Of a stretch of 64,000 bases of DNA, positions 8,363-18,200 are shown in pieces. Both the position numbers and the translations under genes were made by a program. A model generated the notes under the pieces. It was given only the letters and a program-made list of their open reading frames with translations. It had not been told where the DNA came from and made no database searches. This stretch comes from an uncultured Phycisphaerales bacterium (GTDB lineage: Bacteria > Planctomycetota > Phycisphaerae > Sedimentisphaerales > Anaerobacaceae), in contig OY970359.1 in assembly GCA_963718665.1 (NCBI GenBank), positions 992,001 through 1,056,000 of the forward strand, in the 5' to 3' direction. Each line of letters opens with the position of its first letter. The first letter of the stretch is position 1.

Positions 8363-10891
8363 TTATGTATCAAATAAAGATGATTGGTCTGGCTCTTTAT
8401 ACCTATCATATTCTTGCTGACATATTTCTTCTGGATTTGTTAAAAACTGCTTTAATTCACTCGTGTCCCACTTAAAGGCCCATGATTTTTTTAATCCGGC
8501 TCCAAATACTGGGCAATATATTCTTCTCAGTTGCCATCTCCAAGTTGGTCCAAAGGTCATGCGGCCCCTGCTTGGTTCCATCTCAATGAAAATTGACCGC
8601 CTTACAAGCTCCTTCATTAATTCTTGCTGTTCCTGGGCCCAATCTTCTCCGGATTGTCCTGGTATTTGATCGACTTCAATCCTTGTAGTTTCGAGCAAAC
8701 GACCATCATTCATTCTATTAGCTTCAACTAATAGTTTACGACATAAAGTGCCAAAATTAAGAATTATTTTATACATCTCGGTTCCACAGGGATGATAACT
8801 CTTAATTAGTTCAAAGAAACTTCTTGAGACGCTTTGTATTGAGCTATGTTGGGTATGTTTAAGTACACCATTCGTTGTTTCTTTTACAACGCCTCCCTCT
8901 TCAAATATACGGCGATATATTTCTAACAAAGCAGAGACATCTCCAGAGCAAATCTCGGCGATTGTCTCCAGTCCATGATATTGGTCTTTTCGTTTTTTAC
9001 CTTCTTTTAATGCTTCGCCAAGAGAGCTTTCTGAGTATTCGCTATGACCTATTATATCTTCAGCTTTTCCGGAATATAAAGCCAAATTCAGCCTATGATT
9101 TAACAAATCTGTGGCAAATTTTATGAGATCCTTCAAACGCCCTTTATCACTAAGATTTATGTAATATTGACCACAATCAACCTCTCTAAATTCCCTCGTA
9201 ACATCAGCAGTGGATAGTGTTTCGCCACTGAATTCCAGTACACGTTCCGCTCCATATTTCTCAGCGGATAATTTAAATACGTGATTGGCATTTCTAAACC
9301 AGATAATTGGATTTAATATTGTTTGTATGGGCAATGAAATCCGATGGATCGAAAAATCATCTAACAAGAAGACTATTTTTCTTTGTTTACAATAATCGAG
9401 ACTATTATTTAAAAGACCTGTCAAATCATTAAGAAAAGATTCTGGAAGAGTATAAGGAAGATTATATCCTCTCAAAAACTGATCATAGCAAGTATTCATT
9501 TCCATTTCAACAATTTCATGAAGATGTTCCAACGGCGTTACACCTTGCAATCGAAGCTTTTCCTCCGCTCTTAAATCCAATCTACTGGTTACGAAATCAA
9601 ATATCTCTTTTTCTTGAGTTTCCCCTAAACCGAACAATGTTTCTTTGTCTTTTCTTTGTGCAATAAGTAACAAAGAGTGAATTACTTCACGTGTAAGTAA
9701 TAGATTAAAATAGTGTATTATCTCTTTTTGAAACCTTTTGGCAATTACTTCTGATGTTAGGCAACCAAATCGATTGCTAAAATCCGCGCTACAGGAGATA
9801 TAAAAAGCAACGATGACGGAGTTTTTTATTTCTTCTTGGGATTTATATAGAATGGCCTTTAAGCTCATTCTTCTAAAAACCGTCGATTTACCGCATCCTC
9901 TTGGACCAGTTAATAAAACAGGATTAGGGCTTGTAACCTCTTTCACCCATGGACAGGAATCTGCGAAAAGCCTTACCAACAATTGATCACTTGCAATATG
10001 TTCAGCAGAAATATAATCGAAAGGATCATCAAGTTTTAATTCGATTTCTTTGTAAGGATGTAGCACTCTTGTATAAGCATTTTCAAACTGCCTTCGTACT
10101 TTAGAAGGTTCAAAAAGAGCCGCTTGTCTATCTTCATCTAACATCGAATTAATCAAAGGTTTAATTGTATCTCTAAACCTTCGCTCTTTAAATGATAACA
10201 TTTTTCTTTTTTTGTATGAATCAAAGAGCATTGCGTTATACAAGGCAATAAGATGATGACAAAACCATCCATGATCGTCTTTGTCTTTTGTTAGAGTGGC
10301 ATCATAAGATTTAACCGAACCAGTATCTATAATCTTTACTCCCAGTTCTTCGTGAAGCATAGGCGCAATCATTACATTGCCAAGGTGCAAATCGTCGTGA
10401 CGCAATTTCGCACGATCTCTTAAAATGGTGAGGGCGTCACACATCTGCTTGACATAATTACGTATGAAAGACGATGTAATTTCATTATTATGGATGTATG
10501 TCTTTAACGTTTGCCCCTCAACCCATTCTTCGATAAAGCATACGCATTTAATCTTTTTGGATTTCTTGCGCTTTCTGTGTAGTGGAAATTCAATAATATC
10601 TGCGTCATAGAAATGTGCAAAACATGAATATTTACTCAATGAGGCCGCCATTCTTGCCTCGTCAAGGTAAGACCGATGCAGGTAATCTTTATATGTGGCA
10701 AGTTTAATAGCTACATCTCTTCCATATTCATCTGTTCCTTTCCAAACAACAGATTTGACTCCATCCGTAGGTAAACATTCTTTTGGAAAATATTTTGATC
10801 CACGAACAGGTATCTCATCCCCAATAACTTCTCTTGAAGATAACAATTGTTTGTCCTTTTGGGACATTTCTATTTTAACTTTTTTGGCCAT
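8363..10891 (-). CDS. Ser/Thr protein kinase fused to a P-loop NTPase (STAND/ORC-CDC6-like)
   Basis: Kinase: VVWKG..VAIK, alphaC Glu (DEARM), RHDDLHLGN catalytic loop, IIDTG. NTPase: Walker A GPRGCGKS, Walker B IVFLLDD, downstream CSGDV helix. Confidence 0.85.
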   Translation of the reverse strand: MAKKVKIEMSQKDKQLLSSREVIGDEIPVRGSKYFPKECLPTDGVKSVVWKGTDEYGRDVAIKLATYKDYLHRSYLDEARMAASLSKYSCFAHFYDADIIEFPLHRKRKKSKKIKCVCFIEEWVEGQTLKTYIHNNEITSSFIRNYVKQMCDALTILRDRAKLRHDDLHLGNVMIAPMLHEELGVKIIDTGSVKSYDATLTKDKDDHGWFCHHLIALYNAMLFDSYKKRKMLSFKERRFRDTIKPLINSMLDEDRQAALFEPSKVRRQFENAYTRVLHPYKEIELKLDDPFDYISAEHIASDQLLVRLFADSCPWVKEVTSPNPVLLTGPRGCGKSTVFRRMSLKAILYKSQEEIKNSVIVAFYISCSADFSNRFGCLTSEVIAKRFQKEIIHYFNLLLTREVIHSLLLIAQRKDKETLFGLGETQEKEIFDFVTSRLDLRAEEKLRLQGVTPLEHLHEIVEMEMNTCYDQFLRGYNLPYTLPESFLNDLTGLLNNSLDYCKQRKIVFLLDDFSIHRISLPIQTILNPIIWFRNANHVFKLSAEKYGAERVLEFSGETLSTADVTREFREVDCGQYYINLSDKGRLKDLIKFATDLLNHRLNLALYSGKAEDIIGHSEYSESSLGEALKEGKKRKDQYHGLETIAEICSGDVSALLEIYRRIFEEGGVVKETTNGVLKHTQHSSIQSVSRSFFELIKSYHPCGTEMYKIILNFGTLCRKLLVEANRMNDGRLLETTRIEVDQIPGQSGEDWAQEQQELMKELVRRSIFIEMEPSRGRMTFGPTWRWQLRRIYCPVFGAGLKKSWAFKWDTSELKQFLTNPEEICQQEYDRYKEPDQSSLFDT

Positions 10892-12050
10892 GATATTTAG
10901 ATGCTTCGTTTATTGTTCTTTTCGCTTTTTTGAAAAATTTTGTCGATGAGAAATTATTCCAATCCGGCATTCTATCTGCTCTTGGTAAGGCCCATCTTTT
11001 TTTCCAATAGGTTAATAATGCTTCGAAAGGACGATTAAACGAGATGGCTCGTTTTCCATTATGAATAACATTTCTTAAATTTTTAGCCAGAGGAAACAAA
11101 TAAAATTCCCTTTTGATGCCATGGCACTCAAATGAGGGTAATCCTAATCGGCTGAGGCCAAGACTAAGAAGTCTGAGCTTTCTTGACGGGCCATTGCCAT
11201 AACCTCTGGCAATATCAATCCCTTCGCGTTCCAAAAAAATAAGAAGTTCTTCATATAATTTTTCGGGGATATGAAACGACCCCGTTCCCTGCGTATATCC
11301 CAGACAGTCAGCTACAATTTCGCCATTATACTTCAGGCGATTATAAAGGCTACTTTTCCCAAAAGCACTGGTTGTAGTGATAAATAAAAGTTCGGGTTTC
11401 AGCGTCTGTTTTTTAATAATTGATATATAATTGGCATATCTATTTTTGTATGCTTCTCTCACTTCATTGGCTGTTAAAGCAAGAGCGACCATTTTCCCAC
11501 CCAGAAGTTCGTTATAAGGCGGAAGCGCTCCTACTCGTTGAGCATGCATTGATTTGTTTACCCATAAATCTAATTCACTATTGGGAAGGTTAAGTGCCTT
11601 ATCCCGAACAGACATTTTTAGTATGGGACTCTGTAAAGAAATCAAACCAAATGGGCAATCGTGTTTTTTATCCCATAAGAGAAACCGCAGTTGACGTCCA
11701 TAAGGATGCTGGTATGGAATGCTCCACCAGACAAAATTCCACCAGCGAAATATAATCTCCTCAAAAGACTCTGGTTGCACTTCACGTAGTTCCAATTCAA
11801 TTTGTTCAGGGATTATATCTTTCCCATCTCTATTGTATGATCTGACCAAATTAAAGTGTTGCCGTAAGAAATTCGAGTGCAAAGCAATTTGTTCAATCTT
11901 CGCTTTCCTCTGCATCCTTCTGAGAGTGTTTTTGCTGTAACCGGCAGGTCTAAGATGTGGATTGATTTTAAAACCATAATTCTTTAACGCAGCAAGAATT
12001 TTGTTTCGTAGTTTCGCCTTACCAACAATTTTCTTTTTTAGTTCTGCCAC
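10875..12050 (-). CDS. DUF4338 / Druantia DruA-like protein
   Basis: Family-typical motifs WSIPY...GRQLRFLLWD, GLISL.SP, VGALPPYNELLGGKMVAL, ITTTSAFGKSSLYNRL, GYTQGTGSFH. Confidence 0.85.
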   Translation of the reverse strand: MAELKKKIVGKAKLRNKILAALKNYGFKINPHLRPAGYSKNTLRRMQRKAKIEQIALHSNFLRQHFNLVRSYNRDGKDIIPEQIELELREVQPESFEEIIFRWWNFVWWSIPYQHPYGRQLRFLLWDKKHDCPFGLISLQSPILKMSVRDKALNLPNSELDLWVNKSMHAQRVGALPPYNELLGGKMVALALTANEVREAYKNRYANYISIIKKQTLKPELLFITTTSAFGKSSLYNRLKYNGEIVADCLGYTQGTGSFHIPEKLYEELLIFLEREGIDIARGYGNGPSRKLRLLSLGLSRLGLPSFECHGIKREFYLFPLAKNLRNVIHNGKRAISFNRPFEALLTYWKKRWALPRADRMPDWNNFSSTKFFKKAKRTINEASKYHGQKS

Positions 12051-12160
12051 TGCCCCTTCCTTGCCATATTATCTTGAACTAACCTGCGGGTTCTGCGATG
12101 TTTATCCTTCCATTGTCCATCAAAGGTGGTAAGGAGTCAAGGGCGTGCTTCGCGAGAAAG

Positions 12161-12406
12161 TTGAAAGTCGATAGTGGTTAGTCGATAGTCGTTAGTGTTT
12201 AGAAAACTGGGCCCCAGATCGTAGTCTGGGGTCTTCGCCCGCCTTCGTTGACACTATGGCGGGTAAACTGCGCTACGAGGAGAACTTTGGGGGGCTGAGG
12301 GCAGTATAAAGAGCAATACCCCCGCAGTTTTGCTTCGCAAAACTAAGCGCAGGGGTCTTCCCCCTTCGCCAAGGGCTACGGCGGGACAGGTCGCTGCGAT
12401 ACGAGA
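12161..12406. repeat. Heptamer run plus nested palindromic elements at the island boundary
   Basis: TTGAAAG-TCGATAG-TGGTTAG-TCGATAG-TCGTTAG-TGTTTAG (12161-12202); hairpins CCCCAGA/TCTGGGG, CCCGCC/GGCGGG and AGTTTTGC/GCAAAACT; two GGGGTCTTC...TGCG(C/A)TACGAG units. Confidence 0.65.
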
Positions 12407-12503
12407 AAACTACTTGTTGCGGGAGCGAATTTGTGGTATATTTTACTTTTCGAGTAACTTGTTAGTGGGGTTTCAACTCGCTTAATACGCTGTATCAGGA
12501 GAA

Positions 12504-13601
12504 ATGAAAATGAAGAACGGAAGAACGAACTTAATAGCTGGTATCATTGTTTCCGCATTGGTTTTGCAGGGCTGGTTTGCAAGTCAGGCGATTGGTACGC
12601 AGGCACCCGCCTCCAAACCTACGGCTGAAGTCAACGCGGTGAATCCGCAGGTTAAGGCCAAGCCACAGGCAGCGGCTGAACCCAACGGGCCGCCGCCCAG
12701 ACTTGTCTTCGAGCAGCCCACCCATGATTTCGGCGCGGTTGCCCCGGGTTCTTTTAATCCCTGCAAGTTCAAGTTCGCGAACAAAGGCGCGGGGGTTCTC
12801 AAGATAAGCGACGTTACCAAGACCTGCGGCTGCACCGTTTTTACGCTCGACAAGAAGGAATACGCTCCCGGAGAGCAAGGGGTGATTGACGCCGGATACA
12901 ACGCCGACAAGGGCAGCGGCGTCAGGACGAGACATCTTTATGTTATGTCGAATGACCCTGTTGACCCGCGAATAGAGTTGACCATCAAGGCGTCTATCGC
13001 ACAGAAGATTGTTTACGAGCCGGAGAAACTGGAATATACGCTCAAAGGCGAAAAGGCCGGGACTATGGATTTGACCCTGCGAAGCGTCGATGACCAGAAT
13101 TTCGCGATTACCTCGTTCGGCTCCACCGATGACGCTGTCTCAGCGGATTTTGACCCGAACAAGAAAGCTGTAAAATTTATTCTTAAGACCAGGGTGGATT
13201 ACAATAAAATGGCCGCCAACAACAGCGGGCAAATAGAAATTAAGACCAGTCATCCGGAATGCCCCACGGTTAACGTGCCTTTCAGTATTTTACCGAGATT
13301 AAAGGTTGACCCGCCGGCCATCAATATACTCAACGCTGAAGCCGGGAAAGCCACCGAACGGGAAGTATGGCTGCTCAATAATTACAACGAAGATTTTGAA
13401 ATCGCCTCGGCGACATCCAGGGAAGGTATCATAAAAGTTCTCAGCCAGGAAAAAGTCGGAACCCGTTACAAGTTTAACCTTTCGGTGCTCCCTCCGCCGA
13501 CAGCAAACCAGGCGAAGATGTTTACTGATACGTTCACGATAACCACGAAAGACGGCGAAAAAGTAGAAATTGTCTGCCGTGGTTTTTATCAGCGAAAATA
13601 A
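12504..13601 (+). CDS. Secreted DUF1573 (Ig-like) domain protein
   Basis: Signal peptide; HDFG..., F.N.G...L.I..V.KTCGCT and PGEQG motifs of DUF1573. Confidence 0.85.
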   Translation: MKMKNGRTNLIAGIIVSALVLQGWFASQAIGTQAPASKPTAEVNAVNPQVKAKPQAAAEPNGPPPRLVFEQPTHDFGAVAPGSFNPCKFKFANKGAGVLKISDVTKTCGCTVFTLDKKEYAPGEQGVIDAGYNADKGSGVRTRHLYVMSNDPVDPRIELTIKASIAQKIVYEPEKLEYTLKGEKAGTMDLTLRSVDDQNFAITSFGSTDDAVSADFDPNKKAVKFILKTRVDYNKMAANNSGQIEIKTSHPECPTVNVPFSILPRLKVDPPAINILNAEAGKATEREVWLLNNYNEDFEIASATSREGIIKVLSQEKVGTRYKFNLSVLPPPTANQAKMFTDTFTITTKDGEKVEIVCRGFYQRK

Positions 13602-13629
13602 AGGCAACATAAACAAAACCGTGGCGGTA

Positions 13630-15051
13630 ATGACGGGGAAAATAGTTGCTATCTGTCTGATAGCTGCGACAACGGTGCTCGCGGCGCCAGGTTCGGGTAC
13701 GACACTGCAATCTCAGGTTTCTTCAGAGCAGGCTGCTCGGCAAACTATTACTATTTTCTTCACGAGTAACGAGCTTGGCGCGATGCAGCCATGCGGCTGT
13801 TCGGGCGGGCAATTAGGCGGCCTTGACAGACGATATACTGTTTTTAATGCGGTAAGCCCTCAAAACCGTCTCATCATTGATACCGGCTCACTGGTCGAGG
13901 GGGCAACCGACCAGGACCTGATTAAATTCGGCATTATTGTGCAGGCATACACGCAGCTCGGTTACAACGTAGTCAATCTAACCGGGCAGGATATTCTCGT
14001 CGCTCGCGAGGCGGGATTTCTCGATGGTCTCAGTTCGGCCTTCAATTGTATAACTGCCGGCAGCTCCGATGATATAAAAATGCCGGCCAAATTCACCAGG
14101 ACATTTACTTTGAACGGGTCATTTGTTGAAGCGGTCGTTGTTGCCGTGGAAACCGAGGACCAAATTACACGGCTGCCTGACCTGCTGGCGTCGTCCGCGG
14201 GGTCGCCCCTGGCGGTGAAAATCCTGATTCTCAACCAGGCCGACGCAAAAACAATAGCGACCGTTTCGGAAATGAATCTCGTCGATTTGCTGATAGTTCC
14301 TTCGCAGGCCGACGAGCCGACGCTCGTTGGCGACGCCAATAACAGCCCATTAGTAATATCGGCGGGCCGGATAGGCAAATACGTCGGCAAAATCCAGGCA
14401 AGATTTGACAGAGCGAGACAGAAACCTCGATTAGCGTTTTCTTCGGTGCCGGTTACGGAAGATATTGTGCAGTATCAGCCGCTTGTTGAGCTTTATAAGG
14501 ATTACCAGCGATTAGTCAAAGACGCCAATTTAATCGAAAGGTATCCGCGTTTTGTCCTGCCGGACAACCTCGAATACGTCGGCTCGAAATACTGTAAACT
14601 ATGCCACGACTACGAATACGAGAAGTGGATGACAAGCAAGCAGGTTTTCATTTCCGGACTAGATAAACAGGCGTCGCCGGACAGCAGACACGCCGGGGCC
14701 TTTGCCGCACTCGAAAAGGTCGGCTCAGAATACGACCCCGAATGTATCATTTGCCACGTTGTGGGAATGCAATACCAGACCGGCTATGTCTCACCGGCGA
14801 AAACACCTGAAATGAAAGACGTCGGCTGCGAAAACTGCCACGGTCCCGGCTCAGAGCACCTCAGGTCGCTGGGCGCAATCGAAACTGCCGGCCCAATTTC
14901 AACTTGCAGCGACTGCCATACCGCCGAGCAGAGCGGGGAATACGCCTCCAACCAGAAGCAATACTTCGAGAAAATCGTACACTGGAGAGAGCCGGTTTCG
15001 ATGGTCAGGGTCAAAGAACCTAACCAACCCGCAAAACATAACATTCGATAA
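13630..15051 (+). CDS. Secreted degenerate 5'-nucleotidase-like domain fused to a tetraheme cytochrome c (c554-like)
   Basis: Signal peptide from the ATG at 13630; PCGCSGGQLGGL; four CxxCH motifs (CKLCH, CIICH, CENCH, CSDCH). Confidence 0.85.
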   Translation: MTGKIVAICLIAATTVLAAPGSGTTLQSQVSSEQAARQTITIFFTSNELGAMQPCGCSGGQLGGLDRRYTVFNAVSPQNRLIIDTGSLVEGATDQDLIKFGIIVQAYTQLGYNVVNLTGQDILVAREAGFLDGLSSAFNCITAGSSDDIKMPAKFTRTFTLNGSFVEAVVVAVETEDQITRLPDLLASSAGSPLAVKILILNQADAKTIATVSEMNLVDLLIVPSQADEPTLVGDANNSPLVISAGRIGKYVGKIQARFDRARQKPRLAFSSVPVTEDIVQYQPLVELYKDYQRLVKDANLIERYPRFVLPDNLEYVGSKYCKLCHDYEYEKWMTSKQVFISGLDKQASPDSRHAGAFAALEKVGSEYDPECIICHVVGMQYQTGYVSPAKTPEMKDVGCENCHGPGSEHLRSLGAIETAGPISTCSDCHTAEQSGEYASNQKQYFEKIVHWREPVSMVRVKEPNQPAKHNIR

Positions 15052-15278
15052 CAAATCCTTTGTCAGGTTTTTCAACAGCCGCGGAACGGGCATTTATGCC
15101 CTTTTTTTGCTGAAAAACGATGTTTTATAGGACGGTCGCCCCTACAGTTTAACCTTTCTTTTTAGCTTCAGAGAAACCCTGAATCGGCTTCGATAAATCA
15201 GCCAAAAGTCCGGTGCGTAAAGTCAGAAAATGCGGAACTTTGGGGTGATTTCGTTGTCTAATTTAGAGTGGTTATTTT

Positions 15279-18200
15279 ATGCCTGAACCTGCTGGAAATA
15301 TGTGTTTACGGCGGATTGAGGTCGGGCCGGAAAGACAAGTAATGAGAAATATGGAGCGAGCTATGGGATTAAAGCTGAGACCCGCCGGTTGGATTAGCAA
15401 ATTCGGTTTAATCGCGGTCGTAATTTTTGTGGGGTTAGCGCCTGTGGTGTCTTCGCCGGCAGCGGATATGGCTTCACCCAATGAGACGACCATACCCAGT
15501 CCCGACAGATACAGGGCATTTTTACTCAAGTACATCTCGCCTCAGCAGGGCAAGCAATTTCTGGTCGATGCGAATATCACTAATATCTCCCAGGTAAGCG
15601 ACTCCAATACGCTGCTGGTTACGGCGAAGCCCGATGTTCTTGTCAAGGCGGCGGCTTTGCTGGCTATGGTGGATTCACGCGAAAAGTATGCCGTGAAGGT
15701 CTTGCTGCCCGCTTCTGATGCGAATCGGATGCCGTCTGCGGACGAAATGGCTGCCGAAATCGGGAAAATATCCATAGGAACATTTTATAATATACCCGGC
15801 GGGACCGGGTACAAGGCGATTATTGATACCCACGAAGATAAGCTTATTGCTATTGCCCCGGTCGCGGTTATGGATAAGTTTGTTGAGTATGCCGACGTGG
15901 TAAAGCGAGCTGGCACTCTGCCCGACCTTGAGGATGGTCTTGCCTCTGGGGCCGTTGCGGAATCAGGCCCGGCTGCTCCTGATAAAGCGTTCGACGAGCT
16001 TCTCGACTCCATATCCAAAGCTGAAAAAAATCCCAAATCGAGCAATACCGTAAAACAAAAAACCTCACCCAAAGCAGAGAACGTCGCAATACCCCCAAAA
16101 CAGGCGGCTAAAAACGATAAAAAACTAACAGGCAAAGAGAAAAAGGCCGCTGAGCCAAACCTTGAAACAGCGGCGTCGGTGGAGCCAAATAATGAGGAGA
16201 AAGTTCAAAATCAATACGAGCCCATTTATGCCGTCAATGCCGATGAAACTCTCGAGCTTGCGCTTCCCGAAAAGCTCAAAGTCATCGATTTGCTCGACCT
16301 TATTGGTAAATATCTGAACCTCAATTATGTGTACGATGAGAGCAAAATAAAGACCATGGAGGTCAGTTTGAAGGTTCAGGGGCCAATCAAGGTAAGAGAT
16401 TTATACCCGCTTGCCGAATCAGTGCTGAAGTTTACCGGCCTTGCTATGGCCCGCAAGGGTAATCTGGTCACAATAGTCCCTATCGCCGACACTCTGGAAA
16501 TAGACCCCGCCTTGATAGAAACCGACAGCGGCCAGGTTAAGGCGGGCGACGTTGTAGTAACCCGTGTTTTCCAGCTTAACTATATCGATACCGCCAGCGC
16601 CAAGGCACTGCTTGAAGGTATGAAACTCGGTGCGGTAACGGAAATAGCCACGCGGGGAACGATAATTGTTACCGGCTACGCATACCGGATGAACCGTGTG
16701 GAACAGCTTCTTGATGTTGTCGATAAGCCGGGCAACCCAAAGCAATTCAAGTTCCGGCAGTTAAAATACACAATGGCCAGCACGCTTGCCCCGAAGATTA
16801 AGGCACTCGTCGAGCAACTGGGCGATATGTCGATTTCGATAGGCGTAACACCCGCGGCCACTACGCCTCAGCAGCCAAGGCGTCCTTCTGGTGTTCGCCA
16901 GCCGACGCCTCAGCCGACACCGGCAGCGACAGCCGGTTCCACAAAACCGTCGATATATCTCGACTCCGACGAAAGGACCAACCGTATTTTGATGATAGGG
17001 CAGGAGGAAGAATTGGCCGTTGTTGAGAAACTCATCGATACTCTTGACATTGCGCAGCAGGATATCCGTTCACTGCGGGTGTACGAAATCCAGCACGTTG
17101 ACGCCGAAGAGGTAAGAAAGAAGCTTGAAGAGCTTGGCGTTATTGGCCCCAGCCGAACGAGCACGGGCACATCCGGCAGGATTACCTCAAGAACAGCAAC
17201 GCCTGGTGCACCCGGGCAGCCGGCCGCATCGCCGACACCTGCCCCGGCTGTGAGCGCAAGTCCGGAAGGGGAACTGCCCACCGAAGAGATGCAGGTGGTG
17301 GTCATAGAATCAACCAACTCGCTTATGGTCAACGCCTCGCCTGAGCAGCACGCATTAGTTGCGACTATTATTTCTTATGTTGACAGCGAGAGCGAGCAGA
17401 AGTCGATACCTTACAAGGTTTACCCGCTTCAAAATCAGTCGCCTGACCATATCGCGGAGGTTCTCAAGAAGTTACTCGAGGACGTTATCAAAGATAAAGA
17501 AGGCAAAATAGAAAAGGTCGTGAAGAAAACCGAGGATGAAATCATTGTTGTCCCCGACGCCAATACTTTCTCGCTGATAGTTTACGCGAACAAAAAAAAT
17601 CAGGACTGGGTGGCTGATTTGATAAAAACCTTAGACAAAAGAAGGCCTCAGGTTCTTATTGACGTAACACTGGTCGAAATTACAAAAGCAGACTCGTTCA
17701 ACCTCGACCTGGAAATGGCCACCAAGATCCCACAAATGATTCCTGGCGGGAATATGGATTTTCTGCCCGCTCTGATAGGAGGGGCAGGCGACCCTAATAC
17801 TTTTCTGAAGAAGCGTTCAGTTGAAGCGTATGTTTCAGGAGGTCAGGCCCAGGGTTTTTACAGCGACCAGCACATCCAGGCGCTTCTTACTGCGGTACAG
17901 TCAAAAAACTATGGCCGTGTTCTGGCTAAACCCAAAATCTTAGTCAATGACGGGCAGGTCGGCGTAATCAAGACCGCCGATACCGTCAACGTGCAACTAA
18001 CCAGCGGTGCCGTCGTATCGAACGGCGTTACCGTCCCGGGGAGCACCAGTTATCAGCCGTACAATGACGGTATAACGCTTACCATTCAGCCCAACATAGG
18101 CGAGGGCGACCTGCTGTTGCTTATTGTCAAGCTCGAAAGGTCGGATTTCGTTAATGTGACTGCCGGCCAAATAACCCCCCCCGATACAACGTCGAGCACT

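Noticed and set aside
6140..12050. Calling the island a canonical Druantia system
   Set aside because: Only a DruA-like gene is recognisable; there is no DruE helicase, and the partners are a kinase-NTPase and unknowns.
13780..13810. Selenocysteine recoding in the PCGC motif (and in the CMD-family CPHC motif)
   Set aside because: The codons are ordinary Cys codons, with no in-frame TGA.
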